Assembly: GCA_041650915.1 (NCBI GenBank)
Contig: JBAZKE010000003.1
Location: 149,226 to 213,225, forward strand
Length of the DNA: 64,000 nucleotides
Reading direction: 5' to 3'
Source of the DNA: Patescibacteria group bacterium
GTDB lineage: Bacteria > Patescibacteriota > Patescibacteriia > UBA10025 > JAHIVO01
Of this stretch, positions 27,160 to 36,803 are shown one piece after another. Positions within the stretch are counted from its first letter, which is position 1. Each line of letters begins with the position of its first letter. The notes beneath the pieces are model-generated. The model had not been told where the DNA came from, searched no databases, and was given only the letters and a program-made list of their open reading frames with translations. The position numbers were made by a program, and so were the translations under genes.

Positions 27160-28209
27160 ATGAAATACCCCAAGGGCCTCACCCACATCGTTCTCATCAT
27201 AACAATCGCCCTGATTGCCGGGCTAATGGTCGGCGCTGCGTGGTATTTTGAGCAGAACAAGGGAGAGGAAACGTCGGTCGTGAATGTTAATACTGCCAGT
27301 GCAAACACAAACGTGAATACGAATAGTACTATGGATGAGGAGCAGCAAACGTATTCGTATGCAACGGCGTACCACGCGTTCTCATTTGATCTGCCAAAAA
27401 GCTGGACGGTAAGCGAATCGAACGTGCACGCTGAAGAGCGCCAAGGGCTGGTTATCGCATCTGACTCCGAAAGCGATCCTGGAGCTGCATACTTGACCGT
27501 CAGTTTTTATAATAATCCACGTTCGCTGGACGAATGGGTGGCAGAGCATACAGAGGAGTTAATTCGTAGCCACGAGGATATTATCGCAGGCGAGTCGGAT
27601 TATACGGATGCCCGGCGCCACGTGGTGGTGGGGGAGATGAAGGGGCTATTTAAGCACGCGCACTGCTACGTGCAGGGCGATGGTGTTGTATATGAAGCTT
27701 ACTTTTTCAGCGAGCTTGAGAATTGGGAGCGGTATAAAGAGATTTTTAACCGGGCGTGCTCGACTTTCCAGGTTTCATCAGAACTCATTGATACCTCAGA
27801 CTGGCTAACGTATGAGAATGAGGAGTATGGGTATTCATTTTCATATCCTGGGGATTGGAGTTTGGATGAGGTTGAAGATACTGAAACGCGGATTTCTTGC
27901 CCCATAGGAGCATGCAGTTGGTCGCTTATGGTCATAAAAACGGATCAATCAGTCGAAGATTTCATTGCCAGCTATGGCAGTAATGAATCTGAAGACATGA
28001 GGCAATTCAACCAAATTCTTTCACAAGAAGATATTATTATCAATGGTCGAACTGGAGTCAGACTGGAAGGATCGACCACGCTCGGAATCCATGATGCCTA
28101 CATCTTTTTTCCTACTATGGATGGGAGCATTCGATTGCAGTATCATTTGGTTAATTCAATCGATGATATTGGGCCGGTGATTGTAAATACTTTTAACATT
28201 TTGGAATAG
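27160..28209 (+). CDS. hypothetical membrane-anchored extracytoplasmic protein, paralog-like to the preceding gene
   Basis: Start placed at MKYPKG (27160) just after the upstream stop. N-terminal TM helix, Asn/Thr-rich linker (NTNVNTNS) and motif DWLTYENEEYGYSFSYPGDWSLD. Confidence 0.45.
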   Translation: MKYPKGLTHIVLIITIALIAGLMVGAAWYFEQNKGEETSVVNVNTASANTNVNTNSTMDEEQQTYSYATAYHAFSFDLPKSWTVSESNVHAEERQGLVIASDSESDPGAAYLTVSFYNNPRSLDEWVAEHTEELIRSHEDIIAGESDYTDARRHVVVGEMKGLFKHAHCYVQGDGVVYEAYFFSELENWERYKEIFNRACSTFQVSSELIDTSDWLTYENEEYGYSFSYPGDWSLDEVEDTETRISCPIGACSWSLMVIKTDQSVEDFIASYGSNESEDMRQFNQILSQEDIIINGRTGVRLEGSTTLGIHDAYIFFPTMDGSIRLQYHLVNSIDDIGPVIVNTFNILE

Positions 28210-28235
28210 GGGAAAACTTTAAAAAAGCACGAAAA

Positions 28236-28262
28236 TTAGCACTCTTGACTGTAGAGTGCTAA
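28236..28262 (+). promoter_or_regulatory. CIRCE operator (HrcA binding site), perfect inverted repeat
   Basis: TTAGCACTC-TTGACTGTA-GAGTGCTAA: 9-bp arms and a 9-bp spacer, 27 nt upstream of the hrcA start. Confidence 0.85.
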
Positions 28263-28288
28263 TTGCGTTATACTACCTGTGCAAACAT

Positions 28289-28993
28289 ATGAAAGACCGA
28301 AAAAGCGCTTTACTTAGCGCAATAATCAAGGAACATATTTCCACGGGAAGCGCGGTGGCATCCAAAAAACTTGTGGATAACCATACTTTTTCAGTATCTC
28401 CTGCTACGATCCGCAATGACATGGCTGCCCTGGAAAAAGAAGGCTATATCCACCAGCCGCACACGTCAGCTGGAAGGATACCGACGGAAAAAGGCTGGAA
28501 GCACTACATTGAGAACTTTTTACGCGATATTGACCTGACTGAAGCTGAGAAAAAAGCCCTCGACAGCGTCATCCAGAAGGAGACGGGCCTTGCGCACGAT
28601 TCGGTAATCAAGCGGGTGGCAAAGCAGCTCGCGGAAATGTCGAAGGAGGCGGTATTTGTCGGGCTCAATTCGGATTCTTACTACTACACCGGCCTCTCGA
28701 ACCTGTTTGGACAGCCCGAATTCCAGGAGTTGGACCTTGTCCGGCACATTTCATCGGTTGTCGATACGCTCGATGAGGTAATCAAGAAAATGTTCGACGA
28801 TTTCAGGGACGGCACGACTGTCATGGTCGGCAGCGACAACCCGTTCGGCAATGAGTGCAGCTCGATCGTCGGCACGTATGAGAATAAAAGCGGGCAGCGG
28901 GGCGTATTCGGAATTCTTGGCCCTATGCGGATGGACTACGAGCAGAACCTCGCGCTTATCAAGCACGCACAGAAGCTTTTTATAAACATTTAA
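28289..28993 (+). CDS. hrcA: heat-inducible transcription repressor HrcA (compact form, 234 aa)
   Basis: N-terminal winged helix with IRNDMAALEKEGYIHQPHTSAGRIPT and C-terminal GVFGILGPMRMDYEQNLALI. Preceded by CIRCE and followed by grpE. Confidence 0.7.
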   Translation: MKDRKSALLSAIIKEHISTGSAVASKKLVDNHTFSVSPATIRNDMAALEKEGYIHQPHTSAGRIPTEKGWKHYIENFLRDIDLTEAEKKALDSVIQKETGLAHDSVIKRVAKQLAEMSKEAVFVGLNSDSYYYTGLSNLFGQPEFQELDLVRHISSVVDTLDEVIKKMFDDFRDGTTVMVGSDNPFGNECSSIVGTYENKSGQRGVFGILGPMRMDYEQNLALIKHAQKLFINI

Positions 28994-29005
28994 ACCCAAC
29001 TCGAC

Positions 29006-29518
29006 ATGCCTGATATTAAAAAGACCGTGCCGGCAGAGCGCGGAGGCGGGGAACAGAAAAAAGATACAGGAATGGCGCCGGAAATCATGCAGCGAAAAAT
29101 GGAAGAGTACCTCAACGGGTGGAAGCGGGCGAAAGCGGACTACATCAACTTCAAGCGCGAATCGGAAAAGAAGCAGCAGGAGACGGTGCAGTACGCAACT
29201 GCTGCGGTGATCCTCGAGCTCCTGCCCATCTACGACAACTTCAAGCTCGCCTGGAAGCACATACCAGAGGGCAAGCAGCAGGACGACTGGCTGAAGGGGA
29301 TCGGGCACATTAAGCAGCAGTTCAAGGAATTATTGAAGAGCCTCGGCATCGAGGAAATCAAGACAGTCGGCGAGCGCTTCAACCCCGAGCTGCACGACGC
29401 GGTCGCGAAGGAGAAAGCGGACGGCACGGAGAGTGGAACGGTTATCGAAGAGCTCAAGGGCGGATACAAGCTGTACGACAGGGTGCTCGAGCATGCAAAG
29501 GTGAAGGTAGCGGAATAA
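29006..29518 (+). CDS. grpE: nucleotide exchange factor GrpE
   Basis: 170 aa. Pattern WKRAKADYINFKRESEKKQQETVQYATAAVILELLPIYDNF plus a C-terminal beta-domain. Confidence 0.85.
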   Translation: MPDIKKTVPAERGGGEQKKDTGMAPEIMQRKMEEYLNGWKRAKADYINFKRESEKKQQETVQYATAAVILELLPIYDNFKLAWKHIPEGKQQDDWLKGIGHIKQQFKELLKSLGIEEIKTVGERFNPELHDAVAKEKADGTESGTVIEELKGGYKLYDRVLEHAKVKVAE

Positions 29519-29527
29519 ATCCACCTC

Positions 29528-29548
29528 ATTCTGAATTTGTTTCAGAAT
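29528..29548. promoter_or_regulatory. 21-bp palindrome ATTCTGAA-N5-TTCAGAAT between grpE and hsp20 (candidate operator)
   Basis: ATTCTGAATTTGTTTCAGAAT. A near-identical copy (one mismatch in the 5-nt centre) lies at 34128..34148. Confidence 0.4.
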
Positions 29549-29665
29549 CCCTGGCGCAATACTAGTGAGATCCCGAGATCGCCGCGCCCTCGCTCGGTTC
29601 GGGCTCGCGATGACAAGAATAACGAACGATTTACAAGTAATTAATCATTAAGAAAGGAACAGCAT

Positions 29666-30100
29666 ATGGCAATCGTACGGTGGAGACCTTCCTGGGACAT
29701 GTCGGAGTTCGACAAGTTCTTCGAGGACATGCCGAATATGCCGACGAGCATGCAGGCGTTTACGCCCGCAGTCGACATCTACCAGGATAAGAACAACGTG
29801 ATGGTAGAGACTCCGCTCGCCGGCGTTGACCCGGAGAAGGTGGATATCTCGATCGAGAATGACGTGCTCAAGATCGAAGGCAAGGCTGAGCACAAGACGG
29901 AGGTCGATGAGAAGAATTACTACCGCAAAGAGGTGCGGTCTGGCAGCTTTTACCGCGCCGTAGCCCTCCCCACGCACGTGAAGGGCGACCAGGCGAAGGC
30001 AACGTTCGAGAACGGCATGCTCAAGATAACCATTCCGAAAGCGGAAGAGGTCAAGCCGAAGACTATCAAGGTCTCGGTCAAGGGCAGCAAGAAGAAGTAG
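29666..30100 (+). CDS. Hsp20/alpha-crystallin small heat-shock protein
   Basis: 144 aa. Alpha-crystallin domain (AVDIYQDKNNVMVETPLAGVDPEKVDISIENDVLKIEGK...GMLKITIPK). Confidence 0.85.
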   Translation: MAIVRWRPSWDMSEFDKFFEDMPNMPTSMQAFTPAVDIYQDKNNVMVETPLAGVDPEKVDISIENDVLKIEGKAEHKTEVDEKNYYRKEVRSGSFYRAVALPTHVKGDQAKATFENGMLKITIPKAEEVKPKTIKVSVKGSKKK

Positions 30101-30214
30101 CATCGCAAGCACTCGGGTGGCAGCACGTATGCTGCCGGTCCGAGGCGAGCGTCCTGATGGACACTCCCGATCAGGCGTTCACCTCGGACAAGAGCATATA
30201 AAGAGCATACTCAT

Positions 30215-30574
30215 ATGAAGATTTCAAATAATGTGCCAGGCAGCAGCCGCGGCAAGCCAGGCAGGCCGGAACGCATCAAGATTGACGCCCGGTGCCCGGT
30301 ATGCGGCAGCATGTACGATTTTGGCCACCTCGAGGTGCTCCAGGAAGAAGACGGCGCTACCCTCATGTACATTAAGTGCACCGTATGCCTGTCTGCGGCG
30401 CTCTCGATTATCGCATTCGGTTCGTTCGGGCTCAAGGTGGCGACTGCGCTTACCGACCTTGAGCAGGAAGAGGTGCTCCGGTTCAAGGAGCAGCGGCCGA
30501 TCGGCAGTGAGGAAGTGCTCGAGCTGCATGAGATGCTCGGGAAGACTGATAATTTCTTGGACAGCATTTATTAA
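30215..30574 (+). CDS. hypothetical zinc-ribbon protein
   Basis: 119 aa. CPVCGS...CTVC Cys4 arrangement; lies between hsp20 and dnaK. Confidence 0.35.
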   Translation: MKISNNVPGSSRGKPGRPERIKIDARCPVCGSMYDFGHLEVLQEEDGATLMYIKCTVCLSAALSIIAFGSFGLKVATALTDLEQEEVLRFKEQRPIGSEEVLELHEMLGKTDNFLDSIY

Positions 30575-30609
30575 ACAAGCCATTAAATACATTATGAAAG
30601 GATAAAAAA

Positions 30610-32529
30610 ATGGGAAAGATACTAGGCATTGACCTCGGCACGACCAACTCCGCGATGGCAGTCATCGAGGGCGGCGAGCCGAAGGTTCTCGAAAACAAGG
30701 AGGGAAACCGCACGACCCCGTCGATGGTCGCGATAACCAAGAACGGCGAGCGTGTCGTGGGGCAGATCGCCAAGCGGCAGGCCGTCACCAACCCGGAGAA
30801 CACGATTTTTTCGGTCAAGCGGCTGATCGGCAGGAAGTGGTCGGACGAAGAGGTGCAGCGTGACGTAAAGACCATGCCGTACAAGATCGTACAGGCGGGA
30901 GAGGGCATCAAGGTCAAGCTCAACGGCCAGGAGCAGACGCCGCAGGAAATTTCCGCGGCGATCCTCCAGAAGCTGAAGGCTGACGCCGAAGCGAAGCTCG
31001 GAGAAAAGGTAGAAGGCGCGGTCATCACCGTACCGGCGTATTTCGACGACGCACAGCGCCAGGCGACCAAAGACGCGGGCGAGATCGCAGGTTTGGAAGT
31101 GAAGCGCATCATCAACGAGCCGACCGCGGCAGCGCTTGCGTACGGCTTCGAGAAAAAGAAGAACCAGCAGATTGCGGTATACGACCTTGGCGGTGGCACG
31201 TTCGACATTTCAATTCTTGACGTTTCGGCGGATACGGTGGAGGTGAAGTCGACCAACGGCGACACCCATCTCGGCGGCGATGATTTTGACAAGCGCATTA
31301 TTGACTGGCTCATCGACGAGTTCCGCAAGGACCAGGGCATGGATCTTGGCAACGACCAGATGGCGCTGCAGCGGCTTAAAGAAGGCGCGGAGAAGGCCAA
31401 GGTGGAGCTCTCCACGTCGGCGGAGACGGAGATTAACATACCGTTCGTCACGTCGGACGCATCGGGCCCCAAGCACCTCAACGTGAAGCTCACCCGGGCA
31501 AAGCTCGAGGACCTCGTCGGCGACTTGATTGAGAAAACCATCGAGCCGGTGCAGAAAGCGCTCGACGACGCGAAGCTGAAGACGAGCGAAATCGAAGAGG
31601 TCATCATGGTTGGCGGCATGACCCGCATGCCCAAGGTGCTCGAAACTGTTGAAAAGTTTTTCGGCAAAAAACCGCACATCGGCGTGAATCCGGATGAGGT
31701 TGTGGCGATGGGCGCTGCGGTCCAGGCCGGGGTGTTGCAGGGCGACGTGAAAGACGTATTGCTCCTGGACGTGACGCCCCTGACCCTCGGTATCGAGACG
31801 CTCGGCGGCGTATCGACTCCGCTCATCGAGCGCAATACGACCGTCCCGACTTCCAAATCGCAGATATTTTCGACCGCGGCGGACAACCAGACGTCAGTCG
31901 AGATTCACGTGCTGCAAGGCGAGCGCCCGATGGCAGCGGACAACAAGACGCTCGGGAAATTCATGCTGACCGGCATTCCGCCGGCGCCGCGCGGCGTTCC
32001 GCAGGTTGAAGTTTCGTTCGACATCGACGCGAACGGCATTCTCAACGTGAAGGCGACGGACAAGGCAACCGGCAAGGTGCAGTCCATCACCATCACCGGC
32101 TCGTCCGGCCTTAGTAAGGACGAGGTGGAACGGATGAAGCAGGACGCGCAAAAGCACGCGACGGATGACCAGAAGAAGAAGGAGGTTGTTGATACGCGCA
32201 ATATCGCCGAGACCACCATGTTCACCGCCGAGAAGGCGCTGAAAGACGCCGGCGACAAGGTAAAGGCGGATGTTAAAAAGGAGATCGAAGATAAGATCAA
32301 GGCAGTGAAGGACGTGAAGGACAAGGATGACATCAGCGCGATCAAAAAGGCGACCGAAGAATTATCGGCCGCCATGCAGAAGATCGGGCAGGCAATGTAC
32401 GGCCAGCAGCAGGCGGGCGCACAGCCAGGCGGTTCACAGGGCAAAGCGGATGAGAAAGCCAAGGATCCGAAGGACAAAGGCCCGGTAGATGCAGAATATG
32501 AAGACGTCAAGAAAGGGGAGAAGAAGTAA
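30610..32529 (+). CDS. dnaK: chaperone DnaK (Hsp70)
   Basis: [21 protein letters not shown] and the substrate-binding/lid domains; 639 aa. Confidence 0.95.
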   Translation: MGKILGIDLGTTNSAMAVIEGGEPKVLENKEGNRTTPSMVAITKNGERVVGQIAKRQAVTNPENTIFSVKRLIGRKWSDEEVQRDVKTMPYKIVQAGEGIKVKLNGQEQTPQEISAAILQKLKADAEAKLGEKVEGAVITVPAYFDDAQRQATKDAGEIAGLEVKRIINEPTAAALAYGFEKKKNQQIAVYDLGGGTFDISILDVSADTVEVKSTNGDTHLGGDDFDKRIIDWLIDEFRKDQGMDLGNDQMALQRLKEGAEKAKVELSTSAETEINIPFVTSDASGPKHLNVKLTRAKLEDLVGDLIEKTIEPVQKALDDAKLKTSEIEEVIMVGGMTRMPKVLETVEKFFGKKPHIGVNPDEVVAMGAAVQAGVLQGDVKDVLLLDVTPLTLGIETLGGVSTPLIERNTTVPTSKSQIFSTAADNQTSVEIHVLQGERPMAADNKTLGKFMLTGIPPAPRGVPQVEVSFDIDANGILNVKATDKATGKVQSITITGSSGLSKDEVERMKQDAQKHATDDQKKKEVVDTRNIAETTMFTAEKALKDAGDKVKADVKKEIEDKIKAVKDVKDKDDISAIKKATEELSAAMQKIGQAMYGQQQAGAQPGGSQGKADEKAKDPKDKGPVDAEYEDVKKGEKK

Positions 32530-32675
32530 CATCCGGCAATGGAGCTAACATTAACAGTTCAATGTAGATAATATGCAAAGGGCGAGCCGTCATTTAGGGG
32601 GCTCGCCCGTCCGCTATCGGCTTTGCTTTCAAGCGAAGCCGGGCGGGCTGTTTGGATGAGCGATAGAACAGAAGT

Positions 32676-33920
32676 ATGTCAATTTTGGATAAAAATTTAT
32701 CAGAAATAACCTTTAAAAATATTGAGGAATTTTGTGCTGAAGGGATACCTGAAGGTATTCAGCTTGATTATAAATTAACTCGCCCAGAAAAAGGTTTTTC
32801 CAAACACTTTGCAGGGTTAAGTAATCAAAAGGGAGGTTTAATAATTCTTGGTATTGACGAAGATCGTAATACAGGCATTCCAAAGGCATGGGTTGGTATA
32901 AAAAAGGATGGCAAATTACTCGAGCAGATTCATCACGACGCTGCCAATGTTGATCCATTTCCTGAATATGATATACATTATACCGATGAAGTTGATGGTC
33001 ATGTTTTTTTATTAATTAGAATTTTTGAAGGTAGCCAAACTCCTTATTATGTATTTAATGATTCGAACCTTTGGGTTAGAACGGGAAATATTAGAAAGCC
33101 GATTGATCTTGCTAACCCGAAACAGGCCGAGATTCTATTCAATAAAAGAGAGAAGGCGATAGCTCAAAGAAATATACTTCTTAGACAGGCAGATTATTCA
33201 TTTGATAATGGTTTACATCGTGCTGAGCTTGAAAGACTTACAAAAATTTCTGAAAAACAAGATGGCCAAGCGAGTATTGTATATGGAAATACCTTAGGTG
33301 AAAAATCGTCGATTTGTAAAGTATATCTTTTACCATATTACCCAAATATTAACTTTGCGACACCTCAGGATTTATTAGTTTTTAGCAACGAGCTTAATGA
33401 ACGACCAAGCCGCGAATTTGAGACTATCCCCTATGGTATTTTTCAATTTATCTGGAGCCAATATAATGGGTACGTTGAATGTTGTCAGTTATTTTCAAAA
33501 GGATTGATTTATTATTATTCCGACGTTTTAACGGGAGATTATGACACAGGAGGAAAGATAGAATTACGCTTTGTCGCCGGAGCAGTGCATCGGGTTATTA
33601 ACCTTTCTAAAAAATACTTTCAAAAATATTTGTTTACTGGATCATTAATTGGAGGTATCACTTTATCAGACGTCAGGGCTTTGAAGTTATTTCCTATTAA
33701 AACTCGAGGCATCGCTTTTGATCCTGGCGAATTGAAAACATGTTTGTTACCGGATTATCATTTAGAAATGAATCTTACTTCACAAGTATTATTTAGTCAG
33801 GAATTGCTAAATAAATGGTATTTTAAACAAATAAAAGAGATTTATATTAGTTTAGGCTTGAGAGCACCAAGTGATTTACTATTAGAAAGTTTCTGTAAAG
33901 AAAATGATTTCACTTTTTAG
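32676..33920 (+). CDS. AlbA_2 / Schlafen-like (divergent AAA_4) domain protein; AT-rich, likely horizontally acquired
   Basis: 414 aa. N-terminal pattern LSEITFKNIEEFCAEGIPEGIQLDYK...FAGLSNQKGGLIILGIDEDRNTGI...HVFLLIRIFEGSQTPYY matches the AlbA_2 putative DNA-binding domain. Codon usage is conspicuously AT-rich versus the rest of the window. Confidence 0.55.
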   Translation: MSILDKNLSEITFKNIEEFCAEGIPEGIQLDYKLTRPEKGFSKHFAGLSNQKGGLIILGIDEDRNTGIPKAWVGIKKDGKLLEQIHHDAANVDPFPEYDIHYTDEVDGHVFLLIRIFEGSQTPYYVFNDSNLWVRTGNIRKPIDLANPKQAEILFNKREKAIAQRNILLRQADYSFDNGLHRAELERLTKISEKQDGQASIVYGNTLGEKSSICKVYLLPYYPNINFATPQDLLVFSNELNERPSREFETIPYGIFQFIWSQYNGYVECCQLFSKGLIYYYSDVLTGDYDTGGKIELRFVAGAVHRVINLSKKYFQKYLFTGSLIGGITLSDVRALKLFPIKTRGIAFDPGELKTCLLPDYHLEMNLTSQVLFSQELLNKWYFKQIKEIYISLGLRAPSDLLLESFCKENDFTF

Positions 33921-33998
33921 TTTTCGTCACATTAGTAAGACAGAAATAAATTGACAGTCCGCGGGGGTGTGGGAATGAAGAGACAATAATTATTATGT

Positions 33999-34119
33999 AC
34001 CTCACCCTGAATTCGTTTCAGGGTCCCAATGTACAAGGTGCTAGCATGAGAGATGCCGAAATGAATTCGGCATGAGGGCATGTCAAAAGACCTCACCCTG
34101 AATTCGTTTCAGGGTCCCA
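33999..34119. repeat. two perfect 30-bp direct repeats (33999..34028 and 34090..34119), each with an internal hairpin CCCTGAA-TTCGT-TTCAGGG
   Basis: ACCTCACCCTGAATTCGTTTCAGGGTCCCA occurs twice, 91 bp apart. The 61-bp spacer holds another hairpin (GCCGAA-ATGAA-TTCGGC) flanked by CATGAG direct repeats. Confidence 0.7.
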
Positions 34120-34127
34120 TTGAGGAG

Positions 34128-34148
34128 ATTCTGAAACAAGTTCAGAAT
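34128..34148. promoter_or_regulatory. second copy of the 21-bp palindrome ATTCTGAA-N5-TTCAGAAT
   Basis: ATTCTGAAACAAGTTCAGAAT is the reverse complement of the 29528 copy with one central mismatch; sits 9 bp after the second 30-bp direct repeat. Confidence 0.4.
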
Positions 34149-34483
34149 GAGAAGTGAGGATGAGGGAGGAGCTCCGTCAGTCAACGGAGCGACCGCATTC
34201 ATCGGGCGGAGCGCAACCACGACGGATTGCACTCGGAGGAAAATTCATTAACAAGCAAATAAAAAGAGAAGTCGCCCGACGTACGTGGCTAGTACGTTGT
34301 CGTGGCAACCTCGATGTCCCTTGGCAAAATACCTCACCATGAAAGTGTTACCTTTCCATTTCACTCGCCATTACTCATCGGGATAGGTAAGCGACAGCTT
34401 CATTTTATAGTATACGGTAGCAGAGCGTGCGATTTGTTTTCTTGGTTTAATCCTAATCCCCAAGCGTTAATCAGTCAACACCA

Positions 34484-35149
34484 ATGGTATTTCCCGTACT
34501 GCGAGTAGCCTTTTTCCCCGTACTGCGGTTTTTCACGAAGCGGGCCGTCAATATCGAGAACCTTCCCAAAGAAGGGCCGTACCTGATCGTGTGCAAGCAC
34601 GTCGGGGCGCTCGACGGGTTTTTTCTCGCCGCCGTTGCAGTGCCGTACCTGGACAAGAAGATCCGCTTTATCGCCAAGGTGAACGAGTGGGGGTATGTCT
34701 GGAAAACGATGATTTCCAGCAACTGGGCGCGGGTGATAGAGTTTTTGCCCGAAGACCGGTCGCGGTGCCTCATTGACGCGAGCGATGCGCTCACCGCCGG
34801 CGACATCGTGGCGCTGTACCCCGAGGGGTACCTCGATGAGCTCGACCATAGCAGCAGGCCGAAAACGGGAGCCGCCCGCTTGGCAATCTGGAAACGTGTG
34901 CCTATCGTGCCGGTCGGGCTGCAGTACGACATCACGGTCAGGAGCCATCGCAAGGTACTGAACCAGTTCTGGCGGTCGGTGTGGAACGCGCTCAAAAATC
35001 CGCACTCCATGGTAATCACGTTCGGCAAGCCGTTCGAGCTTACCGAGTACTACGGCAAGGAAATGAATGAAGACGTATTGCGCAGCGCGACCGAGAAAAT
35101 CATGGGCGAAATAGAAGCACTCACGCACGTTAATAACATAAATAAATAG
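34484..35149 (+). CDS. lysophospholipid (1-acyl-sn-glycerol-3-phosphate) acyltransferase-like, PlsC/LPLAT family
   Basis: 221 aa. HX4D catalytic motif (CKHVGALDG) and a PEG box (ALYPEGYLD). The exact start is uncertain; the N-terminus has the tandem peptide repeat FPVLRVAFFPVLRFF. Confidence 0.55.
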   Translation: MVFPVLRVAFFPVLRFFTKRAVNIENLPKEGPYLIVCKHVGALDGFFLAAVAVPYLDKKIRFIAKVNEWGYVWKTMISSNWARVIEFLPEDRSRCLIDASDALTAGDIVALYPEGYLDELDHSSRPKTGAARLAIWKRVPIVPVGLQYDITVRSHRKVLNQFWRSVWNALKNPHSMVITFGKPFELTEYYGKEMNEDVLRSATEKIMGEIEALTHVNNINK

Positions 35150-35198
35150 ACCTCACGCCTGGGGAAGGGGTGAGGTCCGGAAAGCGGCAACTCGACGG

Positions 35199-35663
35199 TT
35201 ACCAGCTCGATTCGATTTTAAACGTTTCAGAAAAGCACATCCCCGCCATGCCAGCGTAACACAGGAAAGCGGGAAAGATACGCAGCAGGACGGCAGTAGG
35301 GGGATCGAAGCTGGTCGGTTGCAGGTTGAGGGTCAGCAGCATGGCCAGCCCGAACGCAGCGCACCCGAAATAGAATTCGAGCTCGCGCCATTCGTTAACG
35401 CTTTGCAGCGGCGCCGCTTCCCTGAGCTCATCAATTTTGGAAGAGCGAGCCACGAGCGTCAGAAAAATCAGAAACAGCGCATCAATCATGGTCAGGATAT
35501 TGACCAGCGTGCCGAGGAACCCTCCGTACAGCGTCCTGAGCGAGCTCGCAATGGCGAGCATAAAGCTGATCACCAGGACAACTCGGAGCGCGATAATGCA
35601 GAGTACGACGAATCCGCTCGCTATCCCTTCGTCGTGCTCCTCGTCAACGTACAGGGTACTCAT
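35199..35663 (-). CDS. hypothetical polytopic membrane protein
   Basis: 154 aa with 4 hydrophobic helices. Confidence 0.4.
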   Translation of the reverse strand: MSTLYVDEEHDEGIASGFVVLCIIALRVVLVISFMLAIASSLRTLYGGFLGTLVNILTMIDALFLIFLTLVARSSKIDELREAAPLQSVNEWRELEFYFGCAAFGLAMLLTLNLQPTSFDPPTAVLLRIFPAFLCYAGMAGMCFSETFKIESSW

Positions 35664-36305
35664 TTTGTACTCCCTCCTTTTTGGGCGATAAGGTTATTAA
35701 ATGGCTATTTTCAGGTTACGCTACCACGGGCTGAGGCTCATGTCAATATAAAATTCGGCTCACTCTCGTGGGAAGAGTGAGCCTTTCATGGAGGGTATGC
35801 GATGACAGACGTCAGCGGATACCAAGGGCAAATAACGATGAATAATTTCGGACTCGCCTAGGAAAAGGATTGGCAGGAAGCCTAGGCACAAATGTACAGC
35901 GAAAAAAGTGGATTCCCTTTGTATATTAACTCGTAGGGCACTGGCAGTATAATGCGGTTTCAAGCAGGTGTCAATATAAAAAATCGGTCCGTCTCAGCTG
36001 TAGCGGAGACGGACCTTCGTTCTGGAATAATGTGGTAAATGTGGAAAAACCGAATAGAACGGTTTCTCCTGAACAATTTTTACGTCCAGGATAGGACGCT
36101 GGTCGCGCCTGAGTAAGCTTGCAGAAAGCGTTAGGCGCTGGCAGGTAAGGTGCTATGCATTGGCGTGTACATTCTCGAGGTACGCCGAGAGATACGGTAG
36201 AGCATAGAGTATTGCCGGAACATTGTCAAATAAAAAAGCCCGCGGCGTGGGGTGCACACCGCGAGCGTCTGTGGAGGAACCAGGGAGCGCACGCTCCCGC
36301 GTATC

Positions 36306-36803
36306 CTAGGTTTTCTGCCTGTTGAGCATTGATCCGTTGCGGACGTCGGTCATAAGCTTGACCGGGCCGACGATGTGAATGATGCCGCTGGCATCGTACC
36401 ACACCTCGCGCGTGCCGCCGATCGAGAGCTGTACTTCGCAGTCGATCATGTCGAGCGTGAATCTGAACGTCGGTCTGATGCTGTCCCCTTGTTCCGGGAA
36501 GACGACGATGAGGCCGCCTCCTTCGGCCGCGATCGTATCGTACGTGAACCGCTGGTTGACGAACGCCCACTTGAGCACCGTCTGTACTCTGGCCTCCGCC
36601 AGAGATACTATGTAGCGTTCCCCCTCCTGGAGGATCCACCTATCTTCCTTTTCGGACGCGGTAATGATTGCGCGTCCGTCGATGATCGCTGCTCTCGGTA
36701 TTTCGTACAGCGTGTTATTAACGTCGAGGATTGAGAGCGTATCGCCCTCGATTTCGAGCAGCCGGATCTTAATCCCCGTTTGGCCTGATCGTGCCATCTG
36801 CAA
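36306..36803 (-). CDS. hypothetical protein
   Basis: 165 aa, no recognisable motifs. Followed on the - strand by a GC-rich hairpin plus T-run (about 36225-36260 in + coordinates). Confidence 0.4.
   Translation of the reverse strand: MQMARSGQTGIKIRLLEIEGDTLSILDVNNTLYEIPRAAIIDGRAIITASEKEDRWILQEGERYIVSLAEARVQTVLKWAFVNQRFTYDTIAAEGGGLIVVFPEQGDSIRPTFRFTLDMIDCEVQLSIGGTREVWYDASGIIHIVGPVKLMTDVRNGSMLNRQKT

Noticed and set aside
30483-31886. 467-aa ORF on the - strand (and similar long antisense ORFs 39091..40140, 14099..15397, 56377..57342, 62728..63474)
   Set aside because: They lie entirely antisense to strongly conserved genes (dnaK, dnaJ, fba, dnaX, guaB-like). Their translations are low-complexity Ser/Ala/Arg/Pro-rich, as expected for open frames opposite GC-rich coding sequence. 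No RBS or motif support.
33999-34119. Possible CRISPR mini-array (two identical ~30-bp palindromic repeats)
   Set aside because: There are only two repeats, the intervening spacer is 61 bp (about twice a normal spacer) and itself palindromic, and no cas genes occur in the window. It is better described as a direct-repeat/hairpin cluster.
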